From an uncultured Candidatus Rokubacteria bacterium (GTDB lineage: Bacteria; Methylomirabilota; Methylomirabilia; Rokubacteriales; DASRDR01): a stretch of DNA of 64,000 nt. Every line of letters starts with the position of its first letter. Position 1 is the stretch's first letter. A program made the position numbers and the translations under genes. This document shows, in pieces, positions 39,450 through 48,762 of this stretch. The stretch covers positions 224,001 through 288,000 of the forward strand of contig CAVPSB010000014.1 in assembly GCA_963708025.1 (NCBI GenBank). The letters run 5' to 3'. The notes under the pieces were generated by a model that was given only the letters and a program-made list of their open reading frames with translations, did no database searches and was not told where the DNA came from.

Positions 39450-40256
39450 ATGGCGCAGCGTCTCGCGCTCCACACCTGGACCCTCGACACCACGCCGCTG
39501 GCCGAGGTGCTGCGCCTCGTGCGGGAGACCGGCTGGGACGCCGTCGAGCTGCGCCGGCTCGACTTCGCGCGGGCGGCCGCGGCCGGCCAGCCGGCGCCCG
39601 CCGTGCTCGACCTGGTGCGGGCCAGCGGGCTGCCCGTCGCCTGCGTCGGCGTCGAGCTCGGCTGGATGTACGCCGATGGCGCGGAGCGCCGGCGCCTGCT
39701 CGACGCCTTCGCCGAGTCCTGCCGCTGGGCGGCGGCCCTCGGGTGCCGGACGGTGATGAGCCCGGTGGACCGCGGGGCCGGCGATTTCCGGCGGGCGGTC
39801 GCCAGCGTCCGCGAGGTCGGCGATCTCGCCGCCGGGCAGGGGGTGACGCTCGCCCTCGAGTTCAACTCCCAGGTCGAGCAGTGGAACCGGCTGGAGGCGC
39901 TGCGCGAGCTGCTGGCCGCCGCCGATCACCCGCACGTCCGGCTGCTCCTCGACAGCTACCATCTCGAGCGGAGCGGGACGCCGCCGGCCGCGCTCGCGGG
40001 CGTGGCGCTGGAGGAGATCGGCTACGTGCAGTACAGCGACGTGCCGCGCCAGGGGCTCGAGCCGGGCAAGGCCACCGATCGCCTGCCCCCCGGCCAGGGG
40101 AGCGTGCCCTTCCCGGAGTTCTTCGCCGTGCTCGCCCGGAAGGGTTACACGGGCTACGCGAGCTACGAGGCGCCGAACCCGGCGGCCTGGGCCCGGCCGC
40201 CGGCCGAGGTCGCTCGCGAGGCGCTCCTGGCGACGCGGGCCTGCCTCCCGGTCTGA
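39450..40256 (+). CDS. sugar phosphate isomerase/epimerase (xylose isomerase-like TIM barrel)
   Basis: GWDAVEL, LALEF, LDSYH, VQYSD, DRLPPGQG, SYE. Confidence 0.85.
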   Translation: MAQRLALHTWTLDTTPLAEVLRLVRETGWDAVELRRLDFARAAAAGQPAPAVLDLVRASGLPVACVGVELGWMYADGAERRRLLDAFAESCRWAAALGCRTVMSPVDRGAGDFRRAVASVREVGDLAAGQGVTLALEFNSQVEQWNRLEALRELLAAADHPHVRLLLDSYHLERSGTPPAALAGVALEEIGYVQYSDVPRQGLEPGKATDRLPPGQGSVPFPEFFAVLARKGYTGYASYEAPNPAAWARPPAEVAREALLATRACLPV

Positions 40257-40264
40257 TTCTCGTC

Positions 40265-40324
40265 ACCTCCCTCCTCCCCCCCCAGCCCCCCTCCCCCACC
40301 CACCGGGGGGAGGGGGGAGCCGGA
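40265..40324. repeat. REP-like element, family B (copy 2)
   Basis: Reverse-complement copy of 18930-18988, between convergent genes. Confidence 0.8.
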
Positions 40325-40348
40325 AGGATCGGGCTCCGTCGCTGGCGA

Positions 40349-42488
40349 TCAGTCGCGACGTAGCTCTTCGGAGCGGAGGGGGAGGCGGCGGACGCGCTTC
40401 CCGGTCGCCGCGAAGATGGCGTTGCACACCGCCGGGGCGATCGGCGGTACCCCCGGCTCGCCGACCCCGCCCGGGGCCTCCTGGCTCGGCACGATGTGCA
40501 CCTCGATGACCGGGCACCGCGTCGATCCGCAGCATCGGATAGTCGTGGAAGTTCGACTGCTGCACCCGGCCGTCCTTGATCGTGATCTCGCCCAGGAGCG
40601 CGGTCAGCCCCCACACGATGCCGCCCTCCATCTGGGCCCGGATCTGATCCGGGTTCACCGGGAGACCGCAGTCGATCGCGCACACCACCCGGTGGATCCG
40701 CAGGGTGCCGTTGCCGAAGACCGTGACCTCGGCCACCTCGGCCGCGTAGCTCCCGTAGGAGAAGGCCACCGCGATGCCGCGGTGGCGGCCGCGTGGGAGC
40801 GGCGTGCCCCAGCCGGCCCGGGCCGCCGCCAGCTCGAGGACGTTCTTGTGGCGGGGGGACGGCCCGAGGAGCCCCCGCCGGTACTCGAAGGGGTCCTTGC
40901 CGGCGGCGTGGGCCAGCTCGTCGACGAAGCTCTCGGTGACGAAGGCGTTCTGGGACGCCCCGACCGACCGCCAGAAGCCGACGGGGACGCCGAGGTCCTT
41001 GTGGCTCCACTCGACCAGCACGTTCGGGACCTCGTACGGGTGGTTCGCCGCGCCCTCGACCGCGGTGGGGTCGACCTGGCTCGCCGGCCGGCCGCGCACC
41101 ACGAAGAGCCCGGGGCCCACGAGGCGGTGCGACCAGGCCACCGGCCGGCCGTCGGGGCCGAGCGTCGCCCGGAGCACGTTGTAGGTGGACGGCCGGTAGA
41201 AATCGTGCTGGATGTCGTCCTCGCGTGACCAGATCACCTTGACCGGCACGCCCACCGCCTTGGCGGTCTCGACGGCGTCGGTGACGTAGTCGATCTCGCC
41301 ACGACGCCCGAAGCCGCCGCCGACGAAGGTGGTGTGGATCCGCACCTTCTCCCGGGGCAGCCCGGTGAGGCGCATCGCCTCCCGCTCGGCGCCCGTCTGG
41401 TTCTGGGTCGGCGCCCACACGTCGCAGCCGTCAGGGCGCACGTGGGCCGTGCAGTTCTGGGGCTCCATGGTCGCGTGGGCCAGGAACGGCACCTCGTACA
41501 CGGCCTCCAGCACCTTCGCCCGGGCGAGCGCCGCGGCGGCGTCGCCGTCCCGGCGGGCGACCAGTCCCGGCTGGCGGGCGGCATCCTGGTAGGCCTGGCG
41601 GATCCCCGCGCTGTCGAGCTTCGCGTTCGGCCCCTCGTTCCACCGGACGGCCAGGGCGTCGCGGCCCCGCTTGGCCGACCAGTAGCTGTCGGCCACCACC
41701 GCCACCCCCGAGCTGATCTGGACGACCCGCTGGACGCCCGGCACCGCGCGGGCGCGGGTCGCGTCGAAGCCGGCCACGGTGCCGCCGAACACCGGACAGC
41801 GCGCCACGGTGGCCACCCGTAGGCCCGGCACGGTCACGTCGATCCCGTAGACCGCGCGCCCGCTGACCTTGTCCGGCGTGTCGAGCCGCGGCACGCCCTT
41901 GCCGATCAGCGTCCACTGGTCCGGCGTCTTGAGCTTCGGGCTCTGCGGCACCGGCAGGCCGGCGGCCTTGTCGGCCAGCTCGCCGTAGGTCAGCCGCCGG
42001 CCGGTCGGGTCGTGGTGGACGGTGCCCTTGTCCGTGCGCAGCGCGCCGGCCGGAACGCCCCACTCCTTCGCCGCCGCCGCCACCAGCATCTCGCGCGCGG
42101 CGGCGCCCGCCCGGCGCCAGGTCGGCAGCATCCCGCGGATCGACTGGCTGCCGGCGGTGAGCTGCTGGCCACCGAAGTTGGGGTTCCCGAAGGCGGGATC
42201 GGCCCCCGACTGCTCGACCCGCACGCGGGACCAGTCGGCGTCCAGCTCGTCGGCGATGACCATCGCCATGGAGGTCAGCGTGCCCTGACCCAGCTCCGAC
42301 TGGGAGTTGACGATCGTCACCAGGCCGTCGGCGTCGATCCGGAGCCACACGCTGGGGCTGAAGACGGCGCCGGCGGCCCCGGCCGCCCGCGTCGTCGCCG
42401 GCAGCTCCCAGCCGATGGCGAGGCCGGCCGAGACCGCCGCCACGCCGCCCTTGAGAAGCGTCCGCCTGCTGAGACCCGGTTTCGCCAT
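40349..42488 (-). CDS. xanthine dehydrogenase-family molybdopterin-binding subunit (IorB-like), Tat-exported; C-terminal frameshift ~40515
   Basis: SRRTLLK, SELGQG, TAGSQS, HATMEP, TQN, GGGFGRR, WRSVG, AQMEGG, GGVGEP. Confidence 0.9.
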
Positions 42489-42504
42489 CACACCCCTCCT
42501 CGCC

Positions 42505-43725
42505 TCACGATACACGCCCGGCCCGGCGCCGTCGCCAGAAGGCCGTGAGCCCGAGCACCACGGCCAGTCCGAGGCCACCGGCCGTCAGGCAGGCCGCGGG
42601 CACCCCGAAGGCCTCCGAGATGGAGCCGATCAGGAAGGCGCCGGCCGGGGTCACGCCGGCGAAGACCATGACGTAGATGCTCATCACCCGGCCGCGCAGC
42701 TCGCCGGGGACCCCGAGCTGGATCGTGGTGTTGCAGCTGGCCAGGAAGACGATCTGGGCGGCGCCGACGACGAAGAGCACGGCGGCGGCCGGCCCGAACT
42801 GGCGGATGGCGGCCAGCGAGAGGACGCCCGCCGTCACCACCACCGCCGAGGCGACGATGACGCCGAGCGGCACCCGATCGCGTCCCAGCAGGGCCAGCGC
42901 CAGCGCGCCGGTCATGGCGCCGGCGCCGAGCGCGGACATGAGGAGGCCGAAGCCGTGCACGCCCTCGCCGAGGACCTCGCGGGCCAGGAGCGGCACCAGC
43001 ACGTTGTGGTTCAGCGTGAAGAGGCTCACCGCCAGGACGAGGCTCAGGATCAGCGAGATCACCGGCGAGGCGATCACGTAGCGGAGGCCGTCGGCGATCT
43101 CCCCGCGGATGGTCGTGCCACGATCGACCCGGGCCGGCGCCTCCGCCCGCATGGCGAGCAGCGAGGCGATCACGGCCAGGAAGCTGGCGCCGTTGAGGAA
43201 GAAGGCGATCGCCACCCCGTAGCGGGCGATGAGGAGTCCCCCGATGGCGGGGCCCACGATCCGGGCGCCGTTGAACATGGCCGAGTTCAGGGCGACGGCG
43301 TTCACGAGGTCGGCGGGACCCACCAGCTCGGCGACCAGCGACTGGCGGGCCGGCATGTCGAGGGCGTTGACCACGCCGACGCAGGTGGCCAGCACGGCCA
43401 CGTGCCAGTACTGGATGACACGGGTCCAGACCAGGAACCCGAGCGTGAAGGCGACGCACATCAGCGCGAGCTGGGTCCCGACCACCAGGACCCGCTTGGG
43501 GAAGCGGTCGGTGACGGCGCCGGCCAGGAAGGAGAGGAACAGGACCGGCGTGAACTGCAGCGAACCGATGATGCCCAGCCGGAGCGGCGAATCGGTCAGC
43601 TCGAGGACCAGCCACGACTGCCCGACCGACTGCATCCAGGTCCCGACCAGCGAGACGAGCTGGCCGGTCCAGAACAGCCGGAAGTCGCGGTGCTCGAGCG
43701 CCCGCAGCGCCCGTGGGAACTGCAT
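42505..43725 (-). CDS. MFS transporter (DUF894-like)
   Basis: RDFRLFWTGQLVSLVGTWMQ, DMPARQ, LRGRVMS. Confidence 0.9.
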   Translation of the reverse strand: MQFPRALRALEHRDFRLFWTGQLVSLVGTWMQSVGQSWLVLELTDSPLRLGIIGSLQFTPVLFLSFLAGAVTDRFPKRVLVVGTQLALMCVAFTLGFLVWTRVIQYWHVAVLATCVGVVNALDMPARQSLVAELVGPADLVNAVALNSAMFNGARIVGPAIGGLLIARYGVAIAFFLNGASFLAVIASLLAMRAEAPARVDRGTTIRGEIADGLRYVIASPVISLILSLVLAVSLFTLNHNVLVPLLAREVLGEGVHGFGLLMSALGAGAMTGALALALLGRDRVPLGVIVASAVVVTAGVLSLAAIRQFGPAAAVLFVVGAAQIVFLASCNTTIQLGVPGELRGRVMSIYVMVFAGVTPAGAFLIGSISEAFGVPAACLTAGGLGLAVVLGLTAFWRRRRAGRVS

Positions 43726-43776
43726 CTTCGTCAGCCCGCGACAACCCAGACAATCCTGTCACCTTCTAGCTCTCGG

Positions 43777-44050
43777 GGGCGGGGCCGAGGAGCGAGCAGC
43801 GCCCCCAGGCCGAAGGCCGTCCGAAGGACGCAGGGAGTCGCCGACCGCAGGCGTACTCCGAGTACGCCGAGGATCGGCGACGACCCCAGAGGCCGAAGGC
43901 CGTCCGAACGACGACCATAGGTCGGGACGGACGCCCGGAGCCCGGGACGTCCGCGAGGCGCGAGCCGAGCGCGTCCCGGGCGGGATGAACGACCGCAGGC
44001 CGAGCGCGTCCCGACCGAGATGACCGTTGCGACGCTCATCGGCCCCACCC
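43777..44050. repeat. ~275 bp nested-hairpin element with terminal inverted repeats (MITE/REPIN-like or structured RNA)
   Basis: Left end GGGCGGGGCCGAGGAGCG matches the reverse complement of right end CGCTCATCGGCCCCACCC at 16/18. Internal hairpins and duplicated AGGCCGAAGGCCGTCCGAA. Confidence 0.7.
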
Positions 44051-44051
44051 G

Positions 44052-44843
44052 CTACACGAGGCCGGCGTAGGAGCCGCCATCTACTAGGACGTTTTCGCCG
44101 GTGATGAAGCGCGCTTGCTGCGAGCAGAGGAACGCCACCACCGCGCCGAAGTCCCGCGGGTCGCCAAGCGCCCGCATGGGGTTGCCGGCCTTGTGGGCGT
44201 CGATCGCCGCCTCGACGGTGATCCCTTCGGTCTTCGCCCGGTTCTCGGCGGTCTGACGGACCCGGTCGGTCGCGTGGCTGCCGGGCAGGACGGCGTTGAT
44301 CGTGACGCCCGTCGCGGCGATCTCGCGCGCCACCGTCTTCATGAAGCCGGTCAGGCCGGCCCGGGCGGTGTTCGAGAGGAGGATGTAGGGGATCGGCTGC
44401 TTGACGGAGACCGAGGTGATGTAGACGACACGGCCCCAGCCCCGGGCCTTCATCGCCGGCACCGCGCCGTAGGTGAGCCGGATCGAGCTGAGCATCGACA
44501 GCTCGAGGGCGGGGAGGAACTGCTCGAGCGTCGTGTTGGCGAAGGTGCCGGGCGGGGGACCGCCGGCGTTGCAAACCACGATGTCGGGGTCGCCGAGCCG
44601 CTGCCGGACGGCCTCCAGGAGACTGTCGATGTCGGCGGCCCGCGCCATGTCGGCGACGAGCGGCACCACCTCGTGACCGCTCCCCGCCGCGATCTCCTTC
44701 GCGGCGCGCTCGACGTCGGCCCGGGTCCGGGCGCAGATGGCCACCCGGCATCCCTCCGCCGAGAGCGCCTCCGCCGAGCCCCGGCCGAGCCCCTTGGAGG
44801 CGGCCGTCACGAGCGCGATCTTGCCGGCGATTCCGAAGTCCAT
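44052..44843 (-). CDS. SDR-family oxidoreductase (3-oxoacyl-ACP reductase-like)
   Basis: TAASKGLG, NAGGPPPG, SNTAR, NAVLPG, ITGENVLVDGG. Confidence 0.9.
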   Translation of the reverse strand: MDFGIAGKIALVTAASKGLGRGSAEALSAEGCRVAICARTRADVERAAKEIAAGSGHEVVPLVADMARAADIDSLLEAVRQRLGDPDIVVCNAGGPPPGTFANTTLEQFLPALELSMLSSIRLTYGAVPAMKARGWGRVVYITSVSVKQPIPYILLSNTARAGLTGFMKTVAREIAATGVTINAVLPGSHATDRVRQTAENRAKTEGITVEAAIDAHKAGNPMRALGDPRDFGAVVAFLCSQQARFITGENVLVDGGSYAGLV

Positions 44844-44860
44844 GTCTCCTCCCGCGAGAG

Positions 44861-46705
44861 CTACGAGGGGATGCCGGGCGGCAGGCACAGCACCCGGGTG
44901 TCGGCCTGGCTGGCCGCGACCGCCCGGAACTTCTCCCAGAAGCCCCGGTCGATCGCCTGGATGGCGGGCGGCGTCTGGCTCTGCCGGAACCGGCGGGAGC
45001 GGGCGGGGCCGCCGTTGTAGGCGGCGTAGGTCGCCCGGGCCGCGTCCTCCATCCGCTCCCGGGCCTCGCGAATGCCGTAGCGGATGAGGTGGTGCATCAA
45101 GATCTCGGCTCCGGCGCCGGCGTTGTACGCCGCGTTCCAGCGGAGCTTTTCCGGGCTGAAGAAGCCGCGCCAGATCCGGGCGTTGATCTGCATGAGGCCC
45201 ACGTCTCCGGTAGTGGAGAAGAGGTAGGTGACGGTGTCCCCCTTGCGGACGAACTGGCGCCAGCAGCTCTCCTGCCAGGCGACGGTCTTGACGAGGTGGT
45301 AATAGAGGTCGTCGAACCGCTCGGGCAGACCATCGCCGTCGAGCGAGCGCTCGGCCGCCACGGCGAGCAGGCGCGCTACCGTCGCGCGGTAGGCCCGGAG
45401 CTGGTCGGTGGTCGGCACCCAGCGATCGAGGCGCCGCCCGAGCGCCGCCCACTCGTCGTCGGCGGCCTGCGCGTACGCCGCCCGGGGCCCGGGCCACCAC
45501 CAGCCGCTGCCCGCCGGCTTCCGGCGTGGCCGCCGGGGTGGCGCGTCGGGATCGCGGAACTGAAAGATCTGCCGCAGGGTGGCGTCGGGCAGCTCCGAGT
45601 ACTCGAGAGGATCCCCTGTGTAGGCCGGGGCGAGCAGGCGGGCCAGCCGCCGCAGGCCGTCGGCCGAGATCTCGATTCCCAGGGACGGGGCGGCCGCCTC
45701 GATGGCGGCCAGCGCGTCGCCCCCCGCCAGGAAGGTCGCGAACCGCAGCGCCTGGTTCTCGTCGCCGGTCTGGGCCATGCTGCGGCGGATGATCACGCGC
45801 AGCTGGCTCCAGACGTTCAGGAAGAGCTGGCGCACGGGATCCGTTCCCGTCTGGGGCCCGCGGCCGGCGACGGCCAGGAGCTCGTGACGGCTCGACAGCA
45901 GGAGGTCGAGGAGTTCGCTCCGCGCGGCCGGATCGGCGTTGAACACGCCGAGGTCCTTGATCACGAACACGACGAAGCCGTCCCACTGGTCCAGCGTGGT
46001 CTGCCATCGCTTGAGCTGGGCCGGGGTCAGCGCGGCCTCCGGCGCCCGGGTCACCGGCGGCGCAGCGGGCAGATCGAGCGCCATGGTGACCCTGACCGCG
46101 TCGGGCTCGACGGCGACGGCGACGGGGCGCAGGGTCTGGAGCGCGGCGCCCAGCGGGCCGCCGGGAGCCCCGCCCCCGACCGCGCCGAGGAAGGCCCGGA
46201 TCTCGTCCACCGGGTTGCCGAGGCTGAAGGTGAAGCTCGCCAGCTCCGCCTCCGCCCAGCCCTTCACGGATTCCCAGACGCGGGGGACGACCCCGCTCTG
46301 CTGGCGGTTGGCGTCGTAGAGCTGCGTGTCGAGATCCCGCAGGCGCACCTGCCAGTCGCGGCCGATCTCGGGCCGGGCCAGGATCTCCACCTGGCCGTCC
46401 CAGCCCACCTGGCCCCAGCAGTAGCCGAGCATGCCGAGGGCGGCCCGCACGGACCCCGGGCCGGCGATCAGGAGCCGACCGCCGGCCGGCGTCACGGTCG
46501 GCTGGCGCAGGCCGGCCGTGCGGCAGCCATCGGCCGAGCGCCACAGCACCAGCTCCCCGCCGGTCTCCCGCAGGTGCTTCCGCAGGGCGGCGCGGAGCAG
46601 GTCGTACTCGATCGTCAGCGGGAAGGTGACCTCGACGGCGGCCGCCGGCGCGGCCAGGAGGAGGCCGGCAAGGGCGGCGACGAGGCTCAGTCGGCTGCCG
46701 CGCAT
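44861..46705 (-). CDS. secreted protein with C-terminal lytic transglycosylase (SLT) domain
   Basis: Signal peptide. VAWQES, GLMQIN, AYNAGAG and AYNGG motifs. Confidence 0.82.
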   Translation of the reverse strand: MRGSRLSLVAALAGLLLAAPAAAVEVTFPLTIEYDLLRAALRKHLRETGGELVLWRSADGCRTAGLRQPTVTPAGGRLLIAGPGSVRAALGMLGYCWGQVGWDGQVEILARPEIGRDWQVRLRDLDTQLYDANRQQSGVVPRVWESVKGWAEAELASFTFSLGNPVDEIRAFLGAVGGGAPGGPLGAALQTLRPVAVAVEPDAVRVTMALDLPAAPPVTRAPEAALTPAQLKRWQTTLDQWDGFVVFVIKDLGVFNADPAARSELLDLLLSSRHELLAVAGRGPQTGTDPVRQLFLNVWSQLRVIIRRSMAQTGDENQALRFATFLAGGDALAAIEAAAPSLGIEISADGLRRLARLLAPAYTGDPLEYSELPDATLRQIFQFRDPDAPPRRPRRKPAGSGWWWPGPRAAYAQAADDEWAALGRRLDRWVPTTDQLRAYRATVARLLAVAAERSLDGDGLPERFDDLYYHLVKTVAWQESCWRQFVRKGDTVTYLFSTTGDVGLMQINARIWRGFFSPEKLRWNAAYNAGAGAEILMHHLIRYGIREARERMEDAARATYAAYNGGPARSRRFRQSQTPPAIQAIDRGFWEKFRAVAASQADTRVLCLPPGIPS

Positions 46706-46706
46706 C

Positions 46707-47249
46707 CTAGCTCCCGGCCCGGACGACGGCCAGCAGCGACTCGACCGACGGCCGGTCGGCGGGGCCGCTCCCGACGTGGTGCACCCGCACGATGCCGTCC
46801 GGGTCGATCAGCACGTCCCCGCCGAGCTGGCTCACGTCGCCGGTGGCGCGCCGGAGCGCCCCGCCGCGCGCCAGGCTCCGCGCGTAGGCCAGCCAGGTCG
46901 CGGGGCCCCAGATGTCCCAGGCGCGCCCCCGGAGCATCCCGTAGGCGGCGTAGAGGACGCGGGACTCGTCCACGACGAGCGGCCAGGCGAGCCGGGTGTC
47001 CTCGACGTAGGCCCGGGCGAGGAACCCCGCCTCGAAGGTCACGACCAGCACCGCGACCGCGAGGCCCTCCAGCACCGCCTCGTGCTGCCGCAACTGCGAC
47101 AGGTGCTCGCGGCACGGCAGTCACCCGAGGTGGCGGTGGAACACGAGGAGCAGCCAGCGCCCCCGGTACCGGTCGAGCGTGTGAGTGTCCCCCCGCGTGT
47201 CGTCGAGCTGGAACTCGACCGCCCGGGTGCCGGTCCGGTCTTTCACCAC
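46707..47249 (-). CDS. selenocysteine-containing peroxiredoxin-like protein (AhpC/TSA-2, SelL/PRXL2-related); TGA at 47121-47123 read as Sec
   Basis: Manual translation from GTG 47249: VVKDRTGTRAVEFQLDDTRGDTHTLDRYRGRWLLLVFHRHLG-[TGA]-LPCREHLSQLRQHE...LVVDESRVLYAAYG...QLGGDVLIDPDG...DRPSV. In frame on both sides of the TGA, giving a UxxC motif. Confidence 0.85.
47085..47120 (-). promoter_or_regulatory. candidate bacterial SECIS hairpin
   Basis: Immediately 3' of the TGA: CTGCCG...CGGCAG lower stem and GCGA-GCACCTG-TCGC upper stem-loop. Confidence 0.6.
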
Positions 47250-47320
47250 GCTGCAATTGTACCCCGCGCGGGGACCGATTAGACTCGGGGGGAACGTCCA
47301 TCCGGTCGAAGGGGGTCAGG

Positions 47321-48753
47321 ATGCTCAACAGGAACTACATCGACGGCGAGTGGGTCGAGGGCCCGGACACGAACCGCGACGTCAACCCGTCGAACCTCGA
47401 CGACGTGGTCGGCGAGTACGCCCGCGCCGACGCCGCCCAGGCTCGGGCGGCGATCGCGGCCGCCCGGGCGGCGTTCCCGGGCTGGGCGCGCGGCAACATC
47501 CAGGAGCGGGCCGACCTCCTGGACCGCGTCGGCGACGAGATCCTCCGGCGCCGGGATGAGCTGGGTCGGTTGCTCGCCCGCGAGGAGGGGAAGATCCTCG
47601 CGGACGGGATCGGCGAGGCGGGCCGGGCGGGCTACATCTTCAAGTTCTTCGCGGGCGAGGTCGTGCGCCAGGCCGGCGAGCGGCTGCCGTCGGTGCGCCC
47701 CGGCGTCGACGTCGAGATCACCCGGGAGCCTTTGGGCGTCGTCGGTCTCATCACCCCGTGGAACTTTCCGCTCGCCATCCCGGCCTGGAAGATCGCGCCG
47801 GCCCTGGCCTACGGCAACACGGTGGTCTTCAAGCCGGCCGACCTGGTGCCCGGCAGCGCGTGGGCGCTGACGGACATCCTGGCCCGGGCCGGCGTGCCCA
47901 AGGGCGTCTTCAACCTGGTGATGGGCCGGGGGTCGGCGATCGGCGAGACGATCATCGCGTCGCCCGACGTCGAGGGCATCAGCTTCACCGGCTCGGTGGA
48001 GACCGGGCGGCAGATCGCGCGCAAGGCGGTCGAGCGGCTGGCCCGGGTCCAGCTCGAGATGGGGGGAAGAACCCGCTGGTGGTCCTCGACGACGCGGACC
48101 TCGGCGTGGCGGTGAGCTGCGCGATCAACGGCGCCTTCTTCCAGACCGGGCAGCGCTGCACGGCCTCCAGCCGGCTCATCGTCACCCGCGCGATCCACGA
48201 CCGGTTCGTCGCGGCCATGATCGAGCGCATGAAGGCGCTGAAGGTCGACGACGCCCTCAAGCCGGGGACCGAGATCGGCCCGGTGGTCGACCAGAGCCAG
48301 CTCGACCAGGACCTCCGCTACCTGGAGGTGGGCCAGCAGGAGGGGGCGCGGCTCGCCTGGGGCGGCGAGCGGCTCAAGCGCGAGCGCGAGGGCTACTACC
48401 TGTCCCCGGCCCTCTTCACCGAGACGACCAACGCGATGCGCATCAACCGGGAGGAGATCTTCGGGCCGGTGGCCACCGTGATCCCGGCCAAGGACTACGA
48501 CGAGGCGCTGGCGCTGGCCAACGACACGCCGTTCGGGCTGTCGGCCGGGATCGTGACCGCCTCCCTCAAGCACGCGAGCCACTTCAAGCGGAACGCCCAG
48601 GCAGGCATGGTCATGGTCAACCTGCCCACCGCGGGGGTCGACTACCACGTGCCGTTCGGCGGCCGGAAGGGCTCCAACTACGGCCCGCGCGAGCAGGGCC
48701 GGTACGCGCGGGAGTTCTACACGGTCGTCAAGACGAGCTACGTGGCGCCGTAG
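47321..48753 (+). CDS. NAD(P)-dependent aldehyde dehydrogenase (2,5-dioxopentanoate DH-like); frameshift in G-run ~48062
   Basis: ITPWNFP, KPA, FTGS, LEMGGKNP, GQRCTA, EEIFGP. Confidence 0.92.
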
Positions 48754-48762
48754 GAGAACCGC

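Noticed and set aside
43800-43910. Duplicated AGGCCGAAGGCCGTCCGAA as a mini CRISPR array
   Set aside because: Only two 19-bp copies, the intervening sequence is itself a hairpin, and there are no cas genes.
44052-48115. 830-aa and 1008-aa ORFs extending the SDR and ALDH genes
   Set aside because: The extensions are off-frame or antisense shadows of the SLT gene. Real starts with RBS are at 44843 and 47321.
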